Shown in pieces: positions 10,091-21,700 of a DNA stretch of 32,921 nt. This DNA is from Phoronis australis (taxonomy: Eukaryota; Animalia; Phoronida), in the NCBI GenBank assembly GCA_002633005.1, contig NMRA01000806.1:1-32921 (forward strand), in the 5' to 3' direction. The position numbers and the translations under genes were made by a program. The notes beneath the pieces were generated by a model, which saw only the letters and a list, made by a program, of their open reading frames with translations, was not told the DNA's origin and searched no databases. How positions within the stretch are numbered: the first letter of the stretch is position 1; every line of letters begins with the position of its first letter.

Positions 10091-11870
10091 TTTTACACGC
10101 CCATATATTAAGATGTGGGTGCATTTTGAAGTCATCCCTATCCGCCCATCCGACCGTACGGCGTCGCTTTATATAGCCTTCGGAGTTCCATAAGGGATTC
10201 TCAATAATGTGTTAAAGATCCATCTATATTAGGAGACGATGACGCCACCTTCCCGTTTTCGGATGGATTCGACGTATTTTTTCCGCCACTTAGTGGCCAT
10301 ATTTACTGTTTTCGAGTCTGTTTCTTGGCGTCCGATTATTAAAGTTGGCATTCATGTTTCTATTAGGAGGAGGAATGACGAGGATGTTCGTATGGGTCTG
10401 ACGATTGTGGTGTCTCCTAGTGGCAGTTTGTTTTGCGTCCTTGACCGAACCACACAAAGGATCGTTACGAAAATTGGTGTGTTCCAACCGAAAAGAGGAT
10501 AGATGACAATGATTTCCAGACGGCTTCAGCTATTGTGGTGCCCTCTCATGGCATTTTTGTGTGCGTGACTGTATCTCCTAAACCCACTTCAGGAGCTCTG
10601 TTGACAACGGATGACGATGAATTTCAGGCGTATCCGGCCAACAGCCGCTGTGCACATTAATGTCAGTTTCAGTTGTTTCCGTTTTCCTCCGTATCTTTAG
10701 AGTCTCTCGACGGACTTTACCGATATTTGACAAATATCTTTCTTTTAAAAAGGCGAAGACACGAACTTGTTCTCAGATGTAATTTACGTAGTGTTCGCCA
10801 CCTAGTGGCCTATTTTTATTTTCGAGTTCGTTTTGGCACCCGCCTCTGTCTCTCAAACCACTCTAAGGATCTATATGAAATTTGGTATAACTATGTATTC
10901 CTATCGGGAAGAACATGTCTGTCAATGGGGTTTCGTTGACTTCGGCTGCTGTGCGCCTCTCGTCTGCAGCAGTTTCGCCTAAGCCCCCCCCCGCAGCGTC
11001 CTTCTGAAATTTTGCGAATGTTGACGACTTTCGGACGTTTTTGACTGCCAACGTGCCCCTAGTGGCAGTTTTTTCGCTCTTCTCTGTATCTTAAACGGAT
11101 TTTCATGGTCTTTGTCAAGTAGATTTCTATTAAAGATGTTACAAAAGCTTCTTATTTTCCGATGAGTTTGACTAATTATACGCTACCTAATTCCATTTTT
11201 TCTAATTTGGTGGATTTTTTGGCATCCGCCTCTATATCGGCCAAGCCACATTAAGGACCATTAAGAAAAATAGCAACGTGTGTTTCTTCGCCAAAATACA
11301 AAGCTGACTGCTGTGGCGTCCTCTAGAGGTGTTTTTGTATTTGACCCACTATCTACCAAGTTCCCTGATGAATCTTTCTGAAATATGTGTTTTTATTGAG
11401 AAGAAAACGACTTGTTTGGATTTTGGGTCAAATCCAGCTACTGAGAAGTCCCTCAGACACGATTTTGTTTTGTTCTACGTTTGTCTCGACATCTAACAAG
11501 TTCCTTGATGGAAGCTCATGAAATTTGGCAACTATATTATTATCACGTTGATGACAGCACAGTCCCCGTTTAATTCAGACGGATTTGATCTACGTACGTT
11601 GTACCTAGTGGCATGCTTATTGCATTCGTTAAATTTTTGTTCCCTCGTCCCTACCTTCAAACTGCGTGAAGAATCATGATGAAATGAGGCAGGGGTGTTG
11701 TTACTGAGGAGAGCATTGCTGACTTGCTTTTCCCCCTCTAAAGACTATTTTAAGTTTACCAGCACTGCTCCCTTTAATAGGAAATTTTAAAATAATGACC
11801 ATCCCCTGTATATGCGCTGTACGCGATACACACGGTCAAAGGGTATATAAGTGCTCCGCGTTGCTCTTGT
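10091..11870 (+). mobile_element. Helentron-associated (HINE/DINE-1-like) non-autonomous element with an internal degenerate ~125-135 bp tandem array
   Basis: 5' TTTTACACGCCC subterminal repeat with a hairpin partner (10113-10122). Degenerate (TCCG)n tract at 10140-10160. Repeated units contain CGCCACCTAGTGGC-like and ATGAAATTTGG motifs. 3' GGGTATATAA (11841-11850) is followed by a short decayed hairpin and CTTGT. Confidence 0.6.
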
Positions 11871-13522
11871 CTTCTGTGGAAACGGACCTTTACCAACGCA
11901 CGTACGGTCTTTGTTTATTGCTTGGCTTTACGAAATAAATTGAATTTGTGTGGTGTAAAACATCGCGTGTGTAGTTTTCCATAAAAATTCTCAGTCAAAT
12001 TGATAAAACAAATGTGATAGCCAATATCACTGCTACGCTCAAGATCTACCGTATCCGCTCTGGCCAAACCTGTTTAGGCATTTAGCCCTTAAATACGGAT
12101 TGTAATCGCTTTGGTCCATCCCATTTTTTCTTTTTCAAAATTCTATTTGTTTGGTTACAATATAAGAAGTTCACATACTGTCACCTCTCAAAAAAGCATC
12201 AAATCAACCTCATCTCTTGCGTGCGCCCTGTGCACGAATGAGCAGCACAAACCCATGTACGACCGATGTCCGATAAAAGCCCACAACCAAGTACTAAAAT
12301 CAGACCATGTTGGTACTTTCTTATAGTTCTATAGCCCAGAGCTGTATCGGGATATCTAATTCATTATCTAAGGGGTTACACGTTTTCCGTGTGATAAACT
12401 TTCGTGGGCTAAATTTATGGTAGATTACCCACCCTCAAACTTTTTCTAACTTTTTAAAACGACGATTTTTAAAAGTCTCTTTATGATCTTGCTTTATAGT
12501 CAATAGTGTTAGGGACTTAGAATTTCAACCGTTATGGTTTAATAATTATATTCGTATTGATAACGAGCCTGAATTTAACAAAAGGTGGATGCAAAAAGGG
12601 TTCAATATTGTAGCCGTTTTAATTCATTCCTGAGGAAGAATTCTTAACTGTAGGTGTTCGCGCAGTAACTAAAAAATAAAAGTCCGGTTTTATTATGAAG
12701 AAATTGTACTTGGACTTTCCTCCTCCCCGTTGTGTCCATTCACTCAGTGTCTTATGTTGTTCAGATTTTAATTGCCATGCGAAACTACACCGTACCCACG
12801 AAATAGTTCTCCCAAAGCTCAGGGCCCATTGGCCATTAGTCAGTGGGCCTTGGGGTGTAGGAGAACCTTCGTTGGTGCCTTCACCTGGCAAAGTACTTTT
12901 TTCTTCTATGACTATATAAAGTATTTATTTCATGAATCTGTCGAGGTAAGTACGGCCATGTAATAAAGTTTTCCGTATTCACCTCTCGCACTACTTCAAC
13001 AGTGACCTGTGACATGGAAAGTTCAAAAGCTAGGTCAATGTCGACTCGACGTCGTTAGCCGGCTCGATCACCAAAGTTTCGGAAAATAGTTTAAAGTAAT
13101 ACAGTTATAGCAGTGTAAATAAGGCTCAACGTACAATCAGGTCTCAGTCGTAACATCTGGAACAGGACTGTTGATTATCATGACAGTTCTGTCTCAGTTT
13201 TCATTTGCTAAATATTTTATCGCCTGTAACTTAGGCGTCAGTCGAATCCTCCGGTAACTACAATGTCAAATTGTTGTCATTTAACTATTTTCAGGAGATG
13301 TTACAAGTTCAATGTAAAATTACCCTTGTTTTCGTCTTTGTTATCTCTTTTCAAGTAATTAATCGTCATATTTAAAACTGTTTCTTTTACTTGAGAAAAC
13401 TTGCAGCCTAACGCGCAAGTACATACATGTAGGACGTGATCCGCCTCGTGAACAGTCCGAGTCAAGTATTTAGAAAATCTGCCGAAAAAATGAAAGAAAC
13501 TTAGAAATTCGAAGCGTATGGG

Positions 13523-13681
13523 ATAAACACAAAACGTACCTCGATTGGCGTACGTGAAGTAATATCCCACTCGACATTATTCCGCGTATCGACTTCGACC
13601 TTCAGTCTCGGTCGATACGCGGAATAATGTCTCGTGGGATATAACTTCATATACGCCACTCTTGGTACGTTTTGTGTATTT
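13523..13681. repeat. ~160-bp palindromic (hairpin) MITE
   Basis: Arms ACACAAAACGTACC...TCCGCGTATCGAC and GTCGATACGCGGA...GGTACGTTTTGTGT are near-perfect reverse complements around TTCGACCTTCAGTCTCG. Confidence 0.85.
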
Positions 13682-13901
13682 CTGGTTCATTATTTAAAAA
13701 GTCCCTACGTTTCATGAGAAGCACATTTTCTGTAAAAAACGAAGTTTATATGGAGACGGCAAATGGAGAAAGAAAACCTGGAGGACAGTAGCCCATACGT
13801 ATCTTCGTGCATGGTATTCAAATATCTATGTAGTAATTTCAGTGGCGCCATCAAGTCAAATTATTTGTGAAACAAAGGTAAAGCAGTTCATCATTTTGTA
13901 G

Positions 13902-14384
13902 GCAGCGGCAAATGTCCGGCCCCAGACTATAACATATGGGATGAAGAATCAAGATGATGATAGTCAATCGAGGGCATCTAACCAACCGACACAGATTCCA
14001 TCACTAGGTGCTGCTAAATCAGTGCCAGCATCAGTTGAAAACATGTGGAGCAACCATGTCAGTACCACCTACACTTCTGACTTGCGAAAATTAAACCTGG
14101 TTCGCGACGTGGAAGCCGTTATGGAAGCGATTCGATGCATATTTCGCCAAGCCAGCTGTACATCGATGTTCACACCTGAAGCCAGTCGTACCCGGACTCT
14201 GAAGAGAAACATCGGCATGCAATCCTCGGAAAAACGTGATATGTTGGAAGCGTTTCAATGTTTCTTGCATCCGTTGAATTGCCAGGTTAAATCTATCGCA
14301 GCTCGAGCCGAATATGACAGTCGGCCCGTTAAGAGATCGTTCAGTTGCTTTTTTCACCCCGTGAACTGTTTTAAAAGACGATGA
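13902..14384 (+). CDS. Allatostatin-C/somatostatin-family neuropeptide precursor, coding exon 2 (three C-X6-C peptides)
   Basis: Acceptor TCATTTTGTAG ends at 13901. The frame is open for 160 codons to TGA at 14382-14384. It contains CIFRQASC, KR-DMLEAFQCFLHPLNCQ and KR-SFSCFFHPVNCF-KRR-stop. The last closely resembles insect AST-C (CYFNPISCF). Confidence 0.85.
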   Translation, partial: AAANVRPQTITYGMKNQDDDSQSRASNQPTQIPSLGAAKSVPASVENMWSNHVSTTYTSDLRKLNLVRDVEAVMEAIRCIFRQASCTSMFTPEASRTRTLKRNIGMQSSEKRDMLEAFQCFLHPLNCQVKSIAARAEYDSRPVKRSFSCFFHPVNCFKRR

Positions 14385-17300
14385 AAAATATTTAATCCTT
14401 AATTACACATCTCCAGTTAGAAAACACTGGCTGATATTTGAAGTTGAAGTACCACTATCTTTTATAAAAACGTGGTGAATGATAGCTGTTCGGTTTTTCT
14501 GCCACCAATTGATCAGACATGTTATTTAGTAAGCCAACCAAAATCAGAAATTTTAGGCTTGGGGACAAAGTCAAGTTAGAAGAAGGCAACTACAATCAAA
14601 GTATTTTTACTGACCCTCCATTGACACTTAGTTGGGTTTCCAAGCTGGAATATGCTCCGTTGCTTTGGTAACCAGATATTTTTCCTGTCAAAATTAGAAA
14701 TTTCAGGTTTGAGAGGAAAATTCATGTTTGAAGCAGACAACCTTGCAACCTTACTTGAAATGGGTCTTAGAGGTGTTATTAAGCTAAAATGGGTATCGTT
14801 ACCATGGTAATCAGGTATTTTCACCATTGACGACAGTAATGTTAGAAGGTAGGCAACAAACCAGCGCTCCGATCGTGTCTGGGAACTTCACTAAAAACGA
14901 AAAGGGAGTTGCCAAGCTTGAACGTGGAATTACGGCAATGTAACCAGCTGCACACACAACATAACAACGCAATTTTAAAGAATTTAAATGGCCTGAAGCA
15001 AACACTGTTTGTTCTCACAAAAATATACTATAACCAGCTGGTCACTTCTGAAAATCCAAAATGCTAAGACCACGCATGCACAGAAACATGGAAACTTTTT
15101 AACAACATAAAACATGCGTACACCTAATGCAATCAATTTGTATGAATTAATAACTAAAACCAAAGACTTGAGGATGTGAAGAGTTTCATGGACGCACGAG
15201 TCTCGCTAAGGAAGATACAGTGTAGTGTCGTAACACGTGGAGAGATCTTGAGTAGCAAAGTCTTGCGTGCTCTTGCGCTTTCGCGAGATTCTCGCCTCTG
15301 CGGAGCACTCGCTTGGTATAAATTGGTGCACATGTATGTTATGACTCATTCAGTACGAGTATAATAGGCAGAAAATTACAAGTCGTTATTGAACTTACTT
15401 GAGATAAAAGGGCAATGTTTTACCAGCGTTTTCTGGCTTTTTAAGCCTGTGAGACCTCTGTTGGGTTCGGTCGGAGATAAAAAAAATCAGTGCGAAACTT
15501 TAGTCAGATTCCTGTCCCAGGTTTGTGATAGGTTGAATCTCAAGCCTCCTCGTCGGTTCAAAGATGGATTTTCAATATTTCATATATACAGTCCTTGACT
15601 ACTCCGCGTTCAAACTGATTTTTTTCCTTGTTAAGATCTGCATACGTGCCTGGTATGGTCAAAAGAGTAGCATTATTTTTGAAATCCAAAACTAGTTGCC
15701 ATGGCAACTAATGCAAATAAACCTGTCAAATGCTTTTTCACCAACATTCAAGCTGCATGAAACGGGTACAACACTGAGAATGAAATTAATATAGCAAATA
15801 TTTTTGGTTGGCTTTATCAAAGGTGTGGAATGATTACCATCATATGTTAGCATACCTTTACAAACCAAATAAAAGGTTGCCATGACAGCGGATATGTACA
15901 ATGTACATCCATCACACATGACAAGCATTCAAGGCAAGATCTGTGGCAAACGGCTACATAGTGGATAGTCCCACGCTATTCTTTTTGCACTGGTCTTTGG
16001 CGCAAAACATCCAACAAAATTTCCTGGCGTAGTCTTGCTTTTATTTTTTAAACATGCAGTTTAGCAAGTATTAATATCATTCATTTTTCTACATTTCTTT
16101 TTAAAATATGGGTAAAAATTCGAGATGTATGAAATAATTTGAAATGAATTTAAGGCATTTAACATCTATTTAAAGTAATATATTGCCTACCGCTTTATAT
16201 CCAGGCCCGTCTTCCATTGTTATGACCACTATTAGCTACTTCAATAGTACTTCATATAAACATTCATGAATTAATGATAACCATTGTCTTTCTATTTTGT
16301 TTTTGAGATTTGGCAATCGTGCAGTCCTTGAGAATGATTTCACTCTCAGGTAAAGATATGGTTAAATGTATCTCTAATGTAAATGAAATACTTTGCTCAC
16401 AAATTGCCAATGTACTAGAATGAAATGGATAATTTTGGTAAAAAAATAAATCCTGTTGTCTGTCACACCCAATACATTCATTAGACATTCGAGCTTATCA
16501 ATAAGTACATAAATTCCCACAAATAAGCTCAGTTCTTTATGGGATAATATTCTAATAAAAGGACATCTAACTTTTTGCTTTCTCAGGAAACATATTACAT
16601 CGACCTGTGTATCCATAATAACCTTTTGCAATACCTTCTGTTTTGTTTTATTATTTAATTCTGTATTTTCAAGGACTGGTTTTGGTCAGCCAATACTTTA
16701 TTTATTGCAATAGTATAGATCATGGCTGATTGACACAGAACACAGTACAAACGAAGACTGGCCTTATGTCCCAAGAAATGCTATGATCTCGAGGTCGAAT
16801 ACAAGATGATAGCCTCATATTCATGATCGTTGCATTTTAGCCGCAGTGTTACTAGAAAATGCGTTATTTTGCCTGCAATACTATGGCCTTTTATTGGAAA
16901 CTGAATTTTGCGCTAGACTTCAGTTTCGTCTTTCTTCCATACTGCTACTGAGTGTTAACTTTTAGTTGAACCTTCAGAATATGTGTAGCATTTTTTCAGC
17001 CAATAATAGTTTTGGAGTTGTGAAAGCACAATCCTTTTTCAGCTCGTTACGACATACGTCATACGTTCAAATGTGTATGCATAGCTCTTGAGCTGAAGTG
17101 CACATGCCATCTAATGATCAACACAATCTTAGCATGGAAACATTATTTGAGGTGCACAAAAGTCATGAGACCAAAGAACAATTTGTGTTTGCCCTTAAAA
17201 TCAGAAAACATGGGGGCTTTACTGATAAACCCCTGTGCAAAACATATTGAATCACGCAAATTGAATAGACTAAGTACTTTCCGAGACTGCCAAGGGCGTT

Positions 17301-17796
17301 AGAGAACTTCGCTGGCCACTTAAAGAGGCCTAGAAGGCAAAAACAACAGACTTAATTGAATTCTTCAAAGTGGTTCTCTATCACTGAAACAAAATTCAAT
17401 CTGTTCACAACGTATTTTTACGGGTTTTTTCGTAAAGATTTTGAATTTCTATTGATGTCAAAGCATTTTTGTAGTTTCAAATTTCACAAAAGAACGACTT
17501 GCAGGCTACTCGTCACTTCGTCGATTTTTCTCCAACAAGGCAGAGCACGTCTCCTTATTCGGTATGGCAAGACGTAGACGAAGCACTTTTATATATGGAA
17601 AATGCGACCTTGGACCTTTGATGAAAACAAAGCAATGGCGAGCACTGTTCGTCTGGTTGTCAGTGAGCTGTTTGTCGAAATGACTTAGAGTTCATGCGTG
17701 CATTTATCGTGTGTGAATAGAACTCTCAGTAAACCTCACTAAAAACTAGCCAAAATCAAGTGTTCTTATTTACAATACACGACAATATTTCCCGTA

Positions 17797-18048
17797 ACAT
17801 GCGCGCACCCAACGTACCTAAAATATACAGTAGGGTGACTCAAACTTTTGAGAATGTGGACCGTGGGTATAGGCCTACTGGTACGTTCAAAGCTATGAAT
17901 TGTGCATTCACCGAGTTATTGCCTTTTTAGAGGATTTTTGTCTCGTTTTCTCGTACTTTTTGTTTCTCTGAGGCAGACCTTTCTGCTCACTTCGCCAAAT
18001 GGGGGGCTTATTCGAACCCCCCCCCCCCCCCCCTCCNTTACACCACTG
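17797..18048. repeat. Dispersed repeat, copy 2 (same family as 7737-7999); ends ...TACACCACTG, resembling a hAT-type CAGTGG terminus
   Basis: Collinear similarity to 7737-7999 in the same orientation. Confidence 0.7.
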
Positions 18049-19239
18049 TTTAAGGTTGAAAAGTGATTTTTTTTGATATCCTTCTATAGAAAAAGCTTTA
18101 ATCTCTCTGATAAAATCATCTGTTTCCTTTTAAACGAAACTTAAGTCCTGAAATTAGTCCGGGGAAGGAGGCCAAAAACGGCGGTTTAGCTAGGTCCCTT
18201 CCTGGTTATCTCTTCCTGATATAACTACATATACAGCTCATTGGAACTGCTACTCTAGCATATGAACACTGATGACACGCACGCGCTCGCTCACTCGGTG
18301 CCGCACACCTGTTGACTCACTTCAAAACAAACGTCACGCGACAACAACATATGTGTTCGTCCAGATTTTTCTCGTTGCCGGGTGCGATATCTAGCGCAGA
18401 TTTTGACTTAATCTGCGGTTAATCCCGACTCCGAGTCCACAGGAACTTAAGAATCTTAGGAAAGGCTATTTGGAAAACTTAAGGAGGTTTTGACGTAATT
18501 TGAGTCGAAACTATTTTTACTCAAGAATTCAAGTTGTCCTATCGACGATCTCGCGAAGCAGCGACGCATCAGTCGGCAAGTTTTCGCCCTGGGATTTCAG
18601 CACATTTTTCTTTAAGATTAGCAACAGAGTTTGATAGCAATGCACCACAGTTTTGTAGAAAGTCTGTCATAGGTTACACATACGTCACAGCAGAGACCGG
18701 GTTTTAACCGCCGTAGGCTACAAAAAGCGTCCCCCTGGGCGCTAATTATTAGGGCAAATACGGTAGCCCTAATAGATGGTGACATCAGTGGACGAAACGA
18801 TGATTCTTATTTAAACTATTAGCAAGTTTGTGGTGACTGGCGCCAACGGCCGGGTGACTGAACTTCGGGCGAGTAGATTTTTTGGCTCCTGCACTCGCCC
18901 AGCTGGCGAGCAGGATTTTTCAAGACTAAAAGCGTGGGTAAATCTCTGACTTCCACACTTTTCCAAAAAAGGTAAAACTACGGAGGAATGGCTGAGGAGG
19001 GTAAAAGTCTAGTTGCCGTGCGTATTGGTATGTTTCTGAAGATCGATTCAACATCAGACAGTTTGATTTTTGGTAACATTGATAAGTCTTTTGACCACAC
19101 CACCTTAGTTGCAGGACAATGCCATGTTTGTCAAGGCGCCTTCGATCAACACGACAGCAGCGCCCCGCGTTCGTGAAATAGGTGAATAATGGTAGAAGTG
19201 GTCGTAAGAAATGCTAGCATAAATCATGGTCGACAAAAG

Positions 19240-19360
19240 CAGAGCGGCGGGAAGGGGGGAGGGAGAGGGAGGGGTAAGAAAGGCACAGGGAGAAGAGAAA
19301 GTGTCGGGAAAGAGGGAGGGAAGAAGGGAATGAAGAGGTGGGGAAGGGAGAGAGAGAGAG
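19240..19360. repeat. Polypurine (GA-rich) low-complexity tract
   Basis: Almost pure G/A, with several GGG runs, ending in (GA)n. Confidence 0.9.
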
Positions 19361-20629
19361 CATGTGACACGATGGATATTTCTCAGAGGCGTGAGGATTC
19401 GCTTTCGTTTGCCATCACTGAGAACTCGCCAACTCAGTCACTTGACGTACATGTAAATATGCCCCTAGCCCCTGGCCCCTTCAGTGATGATGAAAAATGC
19501 CTTTGTATTAAGTGTTGCAACCGGGGCGTAGGCCTTAGGCCATAAGAGGCTTATGACACTACTTCTGTGACCATTGCAAGGGGAGCAAGTTTGTTTTGAT
19601 GTTCCGGTTATCACAAACTATTGTATTTTATAAAAGTAAAAAGTCACCATTTTTTGTGTTGGCATAAATGACGCGATTGCTTTGAAAATCGTCTTAAGTT
19701 GAGGTTTGACTAAGACTGCACACATTTAAATCTTGTTTCCGCCGTATAATGTTAATTAGTTACCCCTAAGTCCGCCTATGCCAGGTACGTGCAGACGGGA
19801 GGTTTCAACCTACTAAACGTTGGAACACGCTTTCTTGTTATCATAATGCCCTCAAATTGCCACTGCTGCACGGTGGGATATACCAATGACATACGAAAAA
19901 GGCAAAGCTTTCGAAATATAAATTGATGACCAAGGACATCCGGTTCCATACAAAGTTCCCTGGCACTAGGAAGGTGTTTCGGTGACAGCTGCCGCTGATA
20001 AAGAGGGTCATTTTTGATCCCGGCCGGGTCAAAAAGCTAAAAAAATAGTAAAATCTAGCTAATCAAACAAACGTACGAGAGGAGCTCAAGAGAGTGGAAT
20101 TTATTCCTCTCACTTTTATATTTGAGTACCCTTACATGTATGTAGAAATTCAATTTCTCATGCGTCTACCAAATCTTATTTGATATGAAAAGTCCCCTTT
20201 TGGCCCACACTGCCTCAATTATATGACCCAATTCGGAGGGCCTACGAGCCATGTTAGATTTTTGTCCTTTTTTGCATCTAATATTAATGTCCGGTGCCAC
20301 AGAAAGAACTATGTTGACACCTCACCGGTTCGAGATTGGGCACCTCGACCGGTTTGCGTAGACCACGACGAAATTTGCCACAGCCACCATGCAGCTGTAA
20401 GCAATTGCATGTACCTCGCCTTTGGACGTCCCAACTGGGTCCTAGTAGGTAATCAGGTAATCATCATGACACACTGGGAGCGACAGTGTTATTTTTCAAA
20501 TTTTCAGTTTGAAAAAGTTTTTAAATAGCGTATTTGAACAGTTCATGAAAAGTACACGTCATTAGTTTTTTTGAATTTTGAAAATCGGACAAGAAATATG
20601 ACTTTTACTGCCTAATTTTTGAACAATTG

Positions 20630-20789
20630 CAGGGGCGGATCCAGGATTTTGAGTTTGGGGGGGCAGGGCAGAGTATTAGCCAGGATTTTGCCAGTCAGAC
20701 ATTCGCACCCCCGAACTGCCAAATGTAATCTGGTAGAGTTTTAGGCGGGGGGCCATGGCCCCCTTGGCCCCTCTCTAAATCCGCCACTG
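20630..20789. mobile_element. 160-bp MITE with CAGGGGCGGAT...ATCCGCCACTG TIRs and a 5-bp TSD (hAT5-like), copy 1
   Basis: TSD AATTG at 20625-20629 and 20790-20794. Confidence 0.85.
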
Positions 20790-21464
20790 AATTGTATTCT
20801 GCTTAATTCTAGTGCTGTTTGTGCAACATAATTAGGACAATTACCAAAATCTGAGTCAGCAGTTGGATTTTGAGGTAAGCCAAAGGTCATCGTACAATTC
20901 TTAGCACATAAACGACCTGTAGACACGCGCCGAATCCAACGGGACGCCAGTACTCAGTCCGACGTTCACACCTCCGGCTTCAAAAAGACATGCATTTAAA
21001 AGTTCCTAACATCAATTTTTACAAAGTAAACTAGAAAAATCCCCAGAAAATTGCCTGATAAGATAACAATTCGAACGAACCGTCTTTATTTAGTTTTAGT
21101 CGACTGTAGGAGCTCACCGTCACGCCGGGTTATCGCTCGAGGATTACCATATAGGCCTAACGGACCTGTATGCGCGCTAATAAAATCAAGTTTAATCGGA
21201 TCAATCTGAATATTAATTGATATAAAAATACCAGAATAATGGTGTGATTGTGACACCGTGACTCATCATGGCTCGCGAGCGAACGTCTGTCAGGAAAAGC
21301 ATTTTACGTTACCGACCAGGCGCGGGCCGACGGATGATTCCGGGCAAGTGAGCCTAGGCCTACTAGACCGGTTTGCGGCGTCAGTACCTCGAACTCTGTC
21401 GCGCCACGCGTCGACTCAGGCCGCCCGTGCTCAGACGTGCTGGTAATTCGCCTCAGACTGTTGA

Positions 21465-21700
21465 CAGGGACGGATCCAGGATTTTGAGGTAAGGGGGGCC
21501 AGGGGAGGGTATTAGCCAGGATTTTGCCCGTCAGATATTCGCACCGGCCAACTGCCCGGCAAATGGAATATGGCAGGGAGAATTTTAGCCGGGNATTCGC
21601 ACCCCCAACTGCCCGGCAAATGGAATCTGGCTGGGAGAATTTTAGCCGGGGGGGGGCTATGGCGGCCCCCTTGGCCCCCCTCTACTGAAATCCGCCACTA
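21465..21700. mobile_element. Same MITE family, copy 2 (internal ~55-bp duplication at the N join, 21594)
   Basis: TSD GTTGA at 21460-21464 and 21701-21705. Termini CAGGGACGGAT...ATCCGCCACTA. Confidence 0.85.

Noticed and set aside
10240-11615. Regularly spaced motif as a CRISPR-like array
   Set aside because: The context is eukaryotic, units are ~128 bp and degenerate, the spacers are related to one another, and there are no cas genes.
12765-12951. Possible middle exon of the neuropeptide gene (acceptor at 12764, TATATAAA at 12913, strong donor GAG|GTAAGT at 12946)
   Set aside because: It is 181 nt, not a multiple of 3, and has stops in the needed frame. The TATA-like motif is too close to the donor to make a first exon. 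A non-coding alternative exon cannot be excluded.
14136-14372. Alternative identities for the Cys peptides (vasopressin/oxytocin, urotensin II, calcitonin, conotoxin, zinc finger)
   Set aside because: The ring is C-X6-C rather than X4 or X5. There is no neurophysin and no amidation Gly, and the Cys pairs are separated by dibasic sites. AST-C fits best.
17320-18132. Second Kolobok-like element (TTAAAG...CCTTTTAA)
   Set aside because: The putative TIRs do not align convincingly by eye.
18691-18948. hAT-like MITE (CAGAGA...TCTCTG with TCGCCCAGCTGGCGAG)
   Set aside because: The terminal match is only 6 bp and no TSD was found. Probably a relic, but not supportable.
19189-19545. 118-aa G/K/R/E-rich ORF
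   Set aside because: It is a by-product of the polypurine tract, with no domain or splice support.
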